NCBI GenBank assembly: GCA_045590195.1
Contig: JAZNQN010000044.1
Location: 100,889-164,888 of the forward strand
Source: Clostridia bacterium
Lineage (GTDB): Bacteria; Bacillota; Clostridia; UMGS1883; UMGS1540
Length of the DNA: 64,000 bases
Direction of reading: 5' to 3'
Shown piece by piece: positions 10,262-18,164 of this stretch. Every line of letters begins with the position of its first letter. Position 1 is the first letter of the stretch. The translations under genes were made by a program, and so were the position numbers. The notes below the pieces were generated by a model. It was not told the origin of the DNA. It worked only from the letters and a program-made list of their open reading frames with translations, and did not search any database.

Positions 10262-10485
10262 TAAAAAAATATATTCCACCTGCCAACTTCTTCGCTGCCA
10301 AGCGGAATACCTTCATCAAATTTAAGCTCAAGCTCTGCTTTTACTCTTACCGCCGCCGCACTTGTCAACGCATTTGCGTTCCTCATTTCAACTGCTCTTT
10401 CAAAGTATCCTGTGCCGTTTCCAATTTTAAATCTGTGTTCTGCCATCTGAATCATCTTTGGTTGAATACTTGACAATAGCCTCAT
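10258..10485 (-). CDS. orphan 75-aa ORF, possibly a gene remnant; doubtful
   Basis: Protein-like composition (…AEHRFKIGNGTGYFERAVEMRNANALTSAAAVRVKAELELKF…) but no convincing RBS. An antisense promoter lies inside it. Confidence 0.25.
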   Translation of the reverse strand: MRLLSSIQPKMIQMAEHRFKIGNGTGYFERAVEMRNANALTSAAAVRVKAELELKFDEGIPLGSEEVGRWNIFFY

Positions 10486-10498
10486 TTTGTGGTATCAT
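10470..10498 (+). promoter_or_regulatory. strong sigma-A promoter with extended -10
   Basis: TTGACA, 17-nt spacer, TG-g-TATCAT. Confidence 0.55.
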
Positions 10499-10504
10499 TC
10501 TCTT

Positions 10505-10640
10505 TGAAGCTTTCTTGGTATTAGAGCGCCTCTGGCTTTCAGAGGAAGAGCCGTCGACGCCAGGAAAACTTCTTTTTTGATATGTTATTAATTTTATAGT
10601 AAAAAATGCTGTAACCCTAATGGTTACAGCATTTTTTATT
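10505..10640 (+). ncRNA. candidate small RNA (promoter-to-terminator unit of about 135 nt, no plausible ORF)
   Basis: Bounded by the promoter at 10470-10498 and the terminator at 10608-10640. Internal hairpin CCUCUG-gcuuu-CAGAGG. The only ORF is a 5-codon peptide. Confidence 0.35.
10608..10640. terminator. bidirectional rho-independent terminator
   Basis: GCTGTAACC-ctaat-GGTTACAGC flanked by AAAAAA and TTTTTTATT. Ends the + strand unit and the minus-strand tRNA. Confidence 0.7.
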
Positions 10641-10715
10641 GGAGCTGGTGGCGTGAATCGAACACGTGACCTTTTCATTACGAGTGAAATGCTCTACCGA
10701 CTGAGCTACACCAGC
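10640..10715 (-). tRNA. tRNA-Thr (anticodon CGU), 76 nt with encoded CCA
   Basis: Hand-folded: acceptor GCTGGTG/CACCAGC, D-arm GCTC/GAGC, anticodon stem TTTCA/TGAAA with loop CTCGTAA, T-loop TTCGATT, 3' TCCA. One A:C mismatch at the base of the T-stem. A TTGCGA/TAGAAT-like promoter lies just upstream at 10722-10760. Confidence 0.85.
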
Positions 10716-11042
10716 ATTTACATATTTATATATTATATTCTACCAGGAGTAAAAATGCTTGCTCGCAAGGGCATTTTTACAACGCCGTCAATTGGCATAC
10801 GTAGCCTGAAAGGCTGCAAGCAAGTTAAAAACTCGCAGGAGTTTTGCAAAGCAAAAATACATACATGCCAATTATAATGTAAAAACGCATTTTTGTCAAC
10901 AATTTAATTTTTTTACAAAATATTTTTTAACTAAATTGTTACAATATTTTGTACGGATTTTTTGAAAAAATACACTATTTTGTGGAATATTACGCTTTTT
11001 AATTGCATAGATTAAAAATAAATGTTAAGAAATTTTAAAAAG

Positions 11043-11065
11043 TTGTTAAAAAAGTTTGACAAAAT
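11043..11065 (+). promoter_or_regulatory. conserved upstream module, copy 1 (TTGTTAAAAAAGTTTGACAAAAT), containing the -35 of the first NlpC/P60 gene
   Basis: 23-nt identical to 11785-11807. The -35 TTGACA is at 11056-11061 and the -10 TG-t-TATTAT at 11079-11084. Confidence 0.6.
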
Positions 11066-11132
11066 TTAATTTTTATGTTATTATTAGCTTCGTTGCCTGA
11101 TGTGGCAACAGTACAGAAAGGAATGAATTTTG

Positions 11133-11693
11133 ATGAAAAAGATTATTTGCGGCGCAATTACGGCTGTATGTATCACAGTTTTTTCAGCCGCAGGAATATC
11201 TGCCGATAAAATTGTAACAACACCTTCAGTAAACGTTTCGGGCAATGAGGCCGAGGCTGATGGTATTGGAACATATTACATTTTAAATGAAAATAACGAG
11301 CTTAAAACATTTAAAGATTTTATCGACAAGTATATTGAAGAAATGAACACTCCCAAATACGAAGCGGTTTTGGAATATGCAAAAAACTTTATTGGTGTTC
11401 CATATGTTTATGGAGGAAGCACTCCACGTGGTTTCGACTGCAGCGGCTTTGTAAAATATGTTTTAAACAATTTTGATATCAATATGCCCCGTAGCTCTTA
11501 CGAACAGATGAACGTTGGCGAAGCTGTTGATGTTTCCGAAATTCAGCCCGGTGACATATTGTTTTTCCGCGGCGGCGGACATGTTGGTTTTTATGTGGGC
11601 GACGGAAATTATCTTCATGCTCCACAAAGCGGACGAACAGTTTCTATCGACCCTCTTACCCGCGACATTTATTGCGCAAGAAGAGTTTTTTAG
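11133..11693 (+). CDS. NlpC/P60-family peptidoglycan endopeptidase (secreted)
   Basis: Signal peptide. YVYGGSTPRGFDCSGFVKYV Cys-active-site motif and a downstream His typical of NlpC/P60. ATG at 11133 has RBS GAAAGGA; the track start is TTG at 11130. Confidence 0.88.
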   Translation: MKKIICGAITAVCITVFSAAGISADKIVTTPSVNVSGNEAEADGIGTYYILNENNELKTFKDFIDKYIEEMNTPKYEAVLEYAKNFIGVPYVYGGSTPRGFDCSGFVKYVLNNFDINMPRSSYEQMNVGEAVDVSEIQPGDILFFRGGGHVGFYVGDGNYLHAPQSGRTVSIDPLTRDIYCARRVF

Positions 11694-11784
11694 TAAAAAA
11701 TTTAAAAATTGTTACAAATATTTTTACACCAAAAAGCCCATTTTACGGGCTTTTTTAAGTTAATAATTAAGAAATTTCAAAAAA

Positions 11785-11807
11785 TTGTTAAAAAAGTTTG
11801 ACAAAAT
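11785..11807 (+). promoter_or_regulatory. conserved upstream module, copy 2, with the promoter of the second NlpC/P60 gene
   Basis: Identical 23-mer. TTGACA at 11798-11803, 17-nt spacer, TATAAT at 11821-11826. Confidence 0.6.
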
Positions 11808-11856
11808 GAAATAATTATGTTATAATTTTAATTGTTAAATGAGATTGGAGGTATTT

Positions 11857-12483
11857 ATGAGTAAAAAAATATTATCAGTATTATGTATTTTTGTTATTGC
11901 TATTTCTCTTTTTTCTATAAATGTTTCTGCTAATCAATATGTGTATGTAACAGGCGATGCTTTAAACATACGCAATGCCCCTTCAACAGATTCCCCAATT
12001 ATGGGACAGGCTTTGTATGGTGACTCGCTTATTGTTTACGGCAAAGAAGGTAACTGGTACTTAATTTATTACTGGGGCGTTATGGGTTATGTTAGTGGTG
12101 ACTATGTTTCAAATTATCATCCCGATAACAAGCCTACAACCGGCCAGCGAGTTGTGGATTATGCAAAAACCTTTACCGGTATCCCATACGTTTACGGTGG
12201 CAACTCCCCTTCACAGGGATTTGATTGTAGCGGATTTGTAAAATATGTGTTCGCTAACTTCGGTGTTAACCTTCCAAGAACATCTTATTCACAAATGAAT
12301 GTTGGAACCCCTGTTACACGCGATGAACTTATGCCCGGCGACTTGGTTGTTTTCCGTGGCGGCGGACATGTTGGTATTTACTGTGGTGACAATATTTATA
12401 TTCACGCACCTCAGACAGGCAGAACAATTACTGCTGAACCTATGAACAGAGAACTTTACTGTGCAAGAAGACTTGTATACTAA
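11857..12483 (+). CDS. SH3b-domain + NlpC/P60-family peptidoglycan endopeptidase (paralog of the previous gene)
   Basis: Signal peptide, SH3_3-like region (YVYVTGDALNIRNAPSTDSPIMGQALYGD…), then YVYGGNSPSQGFDCSGFVKYV and the catalytic His. Start at 11857 has a GGAGG RBS. Confidence 0.88.
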   Translation: MSKKILSVLCIFVIAISLFSINVSANQYVYVTGDALNIRNAPSTDSPIMGQALYGDSLIVYGKEGNWYLIYYWGVMGYVSGDYVSNYHPDNKPTTGQRVVDYAKTFTGIPYVYGGNSPSQGFDCSGFVKYVFANFGVNLPRTSYSQMNVGTPVTRDELMPGDLVVFRGGGHVGIYCGDNIYIHAPQTGRTITAEPMNRELYCARRLVY

Positions 12484-12494
12484 TTAAAAAAATT

Positions 12495-12524
12495 AAGGTT
12501 GTGGATTTTTCCGCAACCTTTTTT
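12495..12524 (+). terminator. rho-independent terminator after the NlpC/P60 pair
   Basis: AAGGTTGTGG...CCGCAACCTT followed by TTTTTT. Confidence 0.65.
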
Positions 12525-12530
12525 GCTACC

Positions 12531-12562
12531 AAAAAATCCCGAAAGTATATTTCGGGATTTTT
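12531..12562 (-). terminator. rho-independent terminator for the minus-strand EamA transporter gene
   Basis: ATCCCGAAA-gtatat-TTTCGGGAT flanked by A/T runs, directly after the stop at 12564. Confidence 0.65.
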
Positions 12563-12563
12563 A

Positions 12564-13439
12564 TTATTTATTGGATATGTAAATTCCTCCTGCAATAAGT
12601 AAAAACGACGCAAGGTACTGAATTTGAAAAATGTTCTCGCCAAGAATAATTGCCCCGAACACGCATGCAAAAAGCGGCTCGGCAAATTTAATGATAAATA
12701 AATTTGAAAGGTGGCCTTTATCAAGGAGCAAGTACCACATACAGTAGCTTGAAACTGATGCAAAGCAAATATAAAGCAGAATAAGAAGTGACGTGTCAAA
12801 TCTGAAAACCATTCTGCCACCCATGGCAAAACCAACCACAAGCAGTATCACGCCGCCAAAAATCTGTGAAATACCAGCCGATGTTATGGGGTTTACAGTT
12901 TTAAAAACATTTTTGCCGATTACGTTTGAAAAGACTGTGCAAAGTGATGCTGCAATTATAAAAGCATCTCCAAGGGTAAAGGATATTCCTGTAATATTGG
13001 TATTTATCGCAACAATGCCTAAAAATCCAAGCACTACACCAACAACCTTTTTCCATGTAACGTGGTCATCTTTAATAAAGAAAGATGAAAAGCAAACATA
13101 CAAAAGTGCACCAATTTGTTTTAAAATTGCAGTTTTTGAGCTGTCGGTTGAAGTAAGCGCTGCATATGTAAAGCCATAATGAAGTATAATGGCAAAAAAG
13201 CCAATCATAAAAATTGAAAAAAGCTTTGGCTTTGCGCTTTTAAACGACGATTTGTTATTTATGAAGGAATAACCGAAAATAACCGCTCCGCAAATTACAA
13301 ATCTTACACCGGCGAAAAAAAGAATATCGCCTGTACCGGAAATATCATACGCTTTAAACCCAAGCTTTACCATGGGGAAAAGTGTTCCCCACAGAAGCAT
13401 TACAATAAGCGCTTTAATAATATTACTTTTTTTACTCAT
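12564..13439 (-). CDS. EamA/DMT-family drug/metabolite transporter (10 TM)
   Basis: Two EamA-like halves, hydrophobic throughout, 291 aa. Confidence 0.8.
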   Translation of the reverse strand: MSKKSNIIKALIVMLLWGTLFPMVKLGFKAYDISGTGDILFFAGVRFVICGAVIFGYSFINNKSSFKSAKPKLFSIFMIGFFAIILHYGFTYAALTSTDSSKTAILKQIGALLYVCFSSFFIKDDHVTWKKVVGVVLGFLGIVAINTNITGISFTLGDAFIIAASLCTVFSNVIGKNVFKTVNPITSAGISQIFGGVILLVVGFAMGGRMVFRFDTSLLILLYICFASVSSYCMWYLLLDKGHLSNLFIIKFAEPLFACVFGAIILGENIFQIQYLASFLLIAGGIYISNK

Positions 13440-14412
13440 TACAAACCCTCAATACAACTTTTCCTATATTTTCACTGCGCTGCAAAATCGCGTGAGCCTC
13501 TTCTGCCTGCTCAATAGGAAGAACCTTATAAATCGAAGGCTTTATAGCACCGCTTTCAATTTTAGGCCAAACCTTTTCAACAAGCTGCGAAAGAATATAC
13601 GCCTTAAACTGAGGCGTTCTGTTTCTTAGCATACTGCCAACCAAGTGAAGGCCTTTTGTTAAAAGAGGTCTTAAAAGAACATTTGTTTCAACACCTGCAA
13701 GAGTTGAAATTACAATCCAGTATCCCCCTCTTGCCATAAACGGAAGGCTTTTACCAAGTGTTTCGCCGCTTAAGCAATCCATTGAAACATTTACGGGTGT
13801 TCCGTTTTGTTCTTCCTCTGCAAGTATCTCTTCAACACATTCTTTTGAAGAATTTATAATTCTGTCAGCGCCGAGATTTTTTATTTTTTCTGCAATTTCA
13901 TCAGATAAAACCGATGTTATAACCCTGGCACCAAAAGCCTTTGCCATAGGAATTGCAACCGATGCAAGCCCTGATGCGCCCGCAGGAACAAAAGCAGTTT
14001 GTCCCTCTTCAAGATGGCCTTCAATAAAAAGGTTTAAGTAAGATGTTGCATAAGCTTCGGGAAGTGCCGATGCTTCTTCCATTGTAAGCCCCTTTGGAAT
14101 CGGCATTAACATATCGTATTTAACTGCTACATATTCGGCATATCCGCCACCGCCTAAAAGCGCACAAACACTGTCGCCAACGCTCCAGGTAGTAACATTT
14201 TTACCAACTTCAACTATTTTTCCGGCAATTTCAAGCCCCATCCACTCAGGGCAGCCTGCAGGAGATGGGTATTTGCCCTGTCTTTGTAATAGGTCTGCGC
14301 GGTTTAAAGCCGCAGCATAAATTTTAACCAAAACCTCATCGTCTTTTATTTTTGGATCTTCAACATCGCTCCATACAAGGTTTTTGTTATCATCAATAAG
14401 CATAGCTTTCAT
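13432..14412 (-). CDS. NAD(P)H:quinone oxidoreductase / zinc-type ADH-superfamily (MDR) oxidoreductase
   Basis: MDR-family layout: GroES-like N-domain, and PAGASGLASVAIPMAKAFGARV Rossmann motif (GxSGxxS/A). 326 aa. Confidence 0.8.
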   Translation of the reverse strand: MKAMLIDDNKNLVWSDVEDPKIKDDEVLVKIYAAALNRADLLQRQGKYPSPAGCPEWMGLEIAGKIVEVGKNVTTWSVGDSVCALLGGGGYAEYVAVKYDMLMPIPKGLTMEEASALPEAYATSYLNLFIEGHLEEGQTAFVPAGASGLASVAIPMAKAFGARVITSVLSDEIAEKIKNLGADRIINSSKECVEEILAEEEQNGTPVNVSMDCLSGETLGKSLPFMARGGYWIVISTLAGVETNVLLRPLLTKGLHLVGSMLRNRTPQFKAYILSQLVEKVWPKIESGAIKPSIYKVLPIEQAEEAHAILQRSENIGKVVLRVCNE

Positions 14413-14413
14413 A

Positions 14414-15190
14414 TCAGTCAGTTCCTTTCATTGATAAACTTCTTCCGCCATCACAAACATAAGTTTGTCCTGTAACAAATCTTGCCTTGTCTGATGCAAG
14501 AAATTCAACAAGATTTGCAATATCGGTGGCTGTGCATTTTTCGCCAAGAAGATTTGTTTCATATGCATAATGCCTTCCCGATTCGCTTTCAGTATCAACC
14601 TCAGGGCGGCAAACAACACCAGGTGCTACGGAGTTTACGTTTATCTTGTGTGGTCCAAGCTCTTTGGCAAGGGCTTTTGTAAGAGATATTACACCGCCCT
14701 TTGAAGCCGCATAATCGCAGCTCCAGGAAAGGCCGTTAAGGCCAACGGCTGAAGAAAAGTTTATTATTTTTCCGCCCTTTCCTTCTCTTACCATTATTCT
14801 CGCTGCCGCACGGCTAGCCCAGAAAGCGCCGTATAAATTAACCTTTAAAACAGTATCGATAACATAATCTTCCTGCTCAATAAGCGGCGCATATTTTGCA
14901 TTTTTACCTGCAATTCTTGCGCTTCCACCTGCCACATGTACCATTATATCAAGTCCGCCCAAATCTGTAAAGGCCTGATTGATAACTTCGTCAACATTTT
15001 TTGAATCAGTTACATCAATAACATAGCCTTTGGCAACTCCGCCTTCCTCTTCAATTCTTTTTACGGTTTTTAAGGCTGTTTCTTCGTTAATGTCGCAAAC
15101 TGCAACTTTAATGCCTGATCTGGCAAGAGTTACGGCAACCTCGCCGCCTATATAACCGCCGCCACCTGTAATTACTGCTACTTTACTCAT
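14414..15190 (-). CDS. SDR-family short-chain dehydrogenase/reductase
   Basis: TGGGGYIG cofactor motif, NNAG-like region, and a S…Y…K catalytic triad with YAASK. Confidence 0.85.
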   Translation of the reverse strand: MSKVAVITGGGGYIGGEVAVTLARSGIKVAVCDINEETALKTVKRIEEEGGVAKGYVIDVTDSKNVDEVINQAFTDLGGLDIMVHVAGGSARIAGKNAKYAPLIEQEDYVIDTVLKVNLYGAFWASRAAARIMVREGKGGKIINFSSAVGLNGLSWSCDYAASKGGVISLTKALAKELGPHKINVNSVAPGVVCRPEVDTESESGRHYAYETNLLGEKCTATDIANLVEFLASDKARFVTGQTYVCDGGRSLSMKGTD

Positions 15191-15203
15191 TTTTATTCTC
15201 CTT

Positions 15204-16193
15204 TCAATTTTCGCCTACAACCTTGCATAAGGTTTTTTGTACTATATATTCGTGTTCGTAAGAATATGGATTTTCTTTCTCTCCCAGAATTGACAAATAA
15301 AAATCTTTCATCATTTCATCATATCTTGAGAGAGTTGGAACATCAGCAGTTTCAATTTCTTCTGTCAAATCAGAGTAATTCTTTTCTGCATAATCCCTGC
15401 CCGAACAAGTCATTTTAACATCAAGCTCAATAGGCTTAATTTCAACTGTTTTTTTGCTGCCCATAACGGCAAAACGCCTCATCCCCCAGCCGTTTGGCTC
15501 AACAGAAAGGGTTGTAACTTTTGCTACAGCTCTTTCGTATTCCAAAACTGCAAAGCCGTTGTCATCGGAAAAAACTCCTTCAAAACCTGTTTGCTTAATA
15601 AACGGGGTAACCTTTTTTGGCTCGCCTAAAATGCTAATTATTAGGTCAATTAAATGTGAACCGAATATGTACATACTGCCGCCTTTAAATCTTTTAAGCC
15701 ACTGCCTGTACTCCTTTGGATGATAAGTGCTCATTTCGGCATCTATCTGATATATTTCGCCAACTTCGCCAGATTTTATCATATTCATAAGCTTTTGCAA
15801 AGCAAAATTATATCTGTACATATACCCCATTTGAACAGTTAACTTCTGCTCTTTTGCACACATAAGCAAACCCTCAAACTCAGCAAGTGTTCCGCTTGCA
15901 GGCTTATCAATATGAACGTGTTTTCCGGCATCTATACACTTTTGCGCTTTTTTTGTAAGATTCCATACATCACATTCAATTAAAAGCGCATCACATTTTT
16001 CAATAAGCTCGTCCTCACTGTAGCGATTTAAATCACGATAACATTCGTAATCTCCTCGCTCTTTTATCCATTCTTCACTTTCTTCGGCATAACCTACTAT
16101 TTCAAAAAGCTCGGGAAATTTTCTTGCCGCCAGCATTTTTCCCATGCCGTGATTGTGGCCAATTCCAATTTGGCCAAGTCTGATCTTTTTCAT
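15204..16193 (-). CDS. Gfo/Idh/MocA-family oxidoreductase
   Basis: N-terminal Rossmann (IGIGHNHG…), EKP-like motif (HIDKPAS), and C-terminal alpha/beta domain. Confidence 0.8.
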   Translation of the reverse strand: MKKIRLGQIGIGHNHGMGKMLAARKFPELFEIVGYAEESEEWIKERGDYECYRDLNRYSEDELIEKCDALLIECDVWNLTKKAQKCIDAGKHVHIDKPASGTLAEFEGLLMCAKEQKLTVQMGYMYRYNFALQKLMNMIKSGEVGEIYQIDAEMSTYHPKEYRQWLKRFKGGSMYIFGSHLIDLIISILGEPKKVTPFIKQTGFEGVFSDDNGFAVLEYERAVAKVTTLSVEPNGWGMRRFAVMGSKKTVEIKPIELDVKMTCSGRDYAEKNYSDLTEEIETADVPTLSRYDEMMKDFYLSILGEKENPYSYEHEYIVQKTLCKVVGEN

Positions 16194-16342
16194 TTCCTGC
16201 CTCCAAAATAATACTTACTAAGGGTATTGTAGCAAACTATTATATCTCAGTAAATATCAAATATGATATTTTTAACATTTTTGATGCTTAAAATATTGAA
16301 TTAAATTAAATTTTATGATAATATTAAGCTTGGGTGATAAAA

Positions 16343-17101
16343 ATGGATATAAATATTTTAACAAATCTGATTGTAAATTGCGTTTATTCGGCTTCTACTA
16401 TGTTCAACGAGAAAAACACAAAGCTTAAAAGGGAAAACCGCCCCTGCTGGGCTATTGTTATAAAGTTTGAGGGCGAAACCGTTTACACTTCAAAAGGCCG
16501 TGAATATGTTTCAAACATAAATAATGTTGTTATTTTGCCAAAAGGCTGCTCTTACGAATGGCATTGTACCGAATCCGGCCACTACTCAATTATCGAGTTT
16601 GAAAGCAACAAAGAAAGCGACGAAATATTTACTTTTAAAATAAGAAACGGCGAAAAATTATTAAATATTTTCCACTCACTTGAATACAGCAACACTATTA
16701 AAACCCCCACAACAAATCTTCAAAATATTCGTACTGTATATTCCATTTTGCTAATGCTTTTACGAAGCCGCGAAAGAGAATATTTTTCGTCTGAAAAAGA
16801 GCAAAAAATTGCCCCTGCCCTTGATTTTATTTCAAAAAACTATAATAAAGTTATTACTAACGACGAGCTTGCTAAGCTTTGCTCGCTTTCAACCGTTTAT
16901 TTTCGAAAGCTTTTTACAAAAATTATGGGCACTTCTCCTATTTCATATATTCATAATCTAAGAATTGAAAAAGCGAAAGAAATGCTTAAAAGCGACTACG
17001 GAAGTATTACCGATATTGCTTTTTCTCTGGGATACAGCAGTATCTACGATTTTTCACGAACCTTTAAAAAACTTTGCGGAATTCCGCCATCGAAGTATTA
17101 A
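16343..17101 (+). CDS. AraC-family transcriptional regulator
   Basis: C-terminal AraC HTH (…LAKLCSLSTVYFRKLFTKIMGTSPISYIHNLRIEKAKEML…SITDIAFSLGYSSIYDFSRTFKK). ATG at 16343; the track start at 16334 is GTG. Divergent from the oxidoreductase operon. Confidence 0.85.
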   Translation: MDINILTNLIVNCVYSASTMFNEKNTKLKRENRPCWAIVIKFEGETVYTSKGREYVSNINNVVILPKGCSYEWHCTESGHYSIIEFESNKESDEIFTFKIRNGEKLLNIFHSLEYSNTIKTPTTNLQNIRTVYSILLMLLRSREREYFSSEKEQKIAPALDFISKNYNKVITNDELAKLCSLSTVYFRKLFTKIMGTSPISYIHNLRIEKAKEMLKSDYGSITDIAFSLGYSSIYDFSRTFKKLCGIPPSKY

Positions 17102-17193
17102 GCAATTTTTTTACATAACAAGGCAAAAATGTTCATTTACAACACAATTTTTTTCTATTATAATGTAACTATAACATATTTTTGGAGGTTATT

Positions 17194-18054
17194 ATGTACG
17201 ATTTTTCAATTGGTGTAATAGTTGATTCTTTCAAGCTCCCAACAAAGGAGGCAATTTTAAAGGCGGCTTCAATTAAAGCTGAAGGCCTTCAGATGTACTG
17301 CACAAACGGCGTAAACTCGCCTGATAATCTTGTTGGCAGGGAAAGACGTGAGCTTTTAAACTTTGCAAAAGACAACGGCCTTAAATTTTCTGCCATCTGT
17401 GGCGACCTTGGCGAAGGTTTCTGGCGTGTAGAAAGAAATCCATATCTTATTGAGCGCTCAAAAAGAATTTTAGACTTGGCTCTCGATATGGAAACAAACG
17501 TTGTTACAACTCATATAGGTATTGTTCCTGAAGATAAAAATTGTGACCGCTACAAAATTATGCAGGAAGCCTGCTTTGAGCTTTCACAGTATGCCGATAA
17601 GCTTGGCGCTCATTTTGCAATTGAAACAGGCCCCGAACTTGCAAAAACACTTCGCGAATTTTTAGATAGCCTAAATTCAAAAGGCGTTGCCGTAAACCTT
17701 GACCCTGCAAACTTTGTAATGGTTACAGGCCAAGACCCCGTGGAAGCTGTTGAAATTCTTGCTCCTTACATAGTTCACACTCACGCGAAAGACGGTGTTA
17801 AGCTTTGCCCCGACTTTTCTCCAGAAGAAGTTTACGAGGCAAAATATGGCGACAGCATTGAAAGGCCAAAACTTTTTGAAGAAGTTCCACTTGGACAAGG
17901 CAGTGTTGATTTTGCAGCTTACCTTAAAGCCCTCGACTTAATTGGTTACAAAGGCTTTTTAACAATTGAAAGAGAATGCGGCGCCGACCCCGCGGCTGAT
18001 ATTTCTCTTGCGGCCGATTTCCTTCGCCAGCATATTGCAAAAGGCAGAGCATAA
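17194..18054 (+). CDS. sugar phosphate isomerase/epimerase (xylose-isomerase-like TIM barrel)
   Basis: AP-endonuclease-2/xylose-isomerase-like TIM family features. ATG at 17194 is 5 nt after GGAGG; the track start at 17182 is TTG. Confidence 0.75.
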   Translation: MYDFSIGVIVDSFKLPTKEAILKAASIKAEGLQMYCTNGVNSPDNLVGRERRELLNFAKDNGLKFSAICGDLGEGFWRVERNPYLIERSKRILDLALDMETNVVTTHIGIVPEDKNCDRYKIMQEACFELSQYADKLGAHFAIETGPELAKTLREFLDSLNSKGVAVNLDPANFVMVTGQDPVEAVEILAPYIVHTHAKDGVKLCPDFSPEEVYEAKYGDSIERPKLFEEVPLGQGSVDFAAYLKALDLIGYKGFLTIERECGADPAADISLAADFLRQHIAKGRA

Positions 18055-18062
18055 AATTTTTA

Positions 18063-18092
18063 AACCCATAGCTTTGGTTATGGGTTTTTTTC
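18063..18092 (+). terminator. rho-independent terminator
   Basis: AACCCATA-gctttggt-TATGGGTT followed by TTTTT. Confidence 0.7.
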
Positions 18093-18100
18093 ATTTTCTA

Positions 18101-18128
18101 TTGAAATTATTTAAAAATGTGGTAAAAT
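18101..18128 (+). promoter_or_regulatory. promoter of ahcY
   Basis: TTGAAA, 16-nt spacer, TG-g-TAAAAT extended -10. Confidence 0.5.
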
Positions 18129-18164
18129 ATACTCAGGTAATTATTATATACAAAGGAGCAAATT

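Noticed and set aside
10427-10678. 83-aa minus-strand ORF overlapping tRNA-Thr
   Set aside because: It overlaps a well-folding tRNA and a terminator, has Arg/Lys-rich low-complexity composition and no RBS. Spurious.
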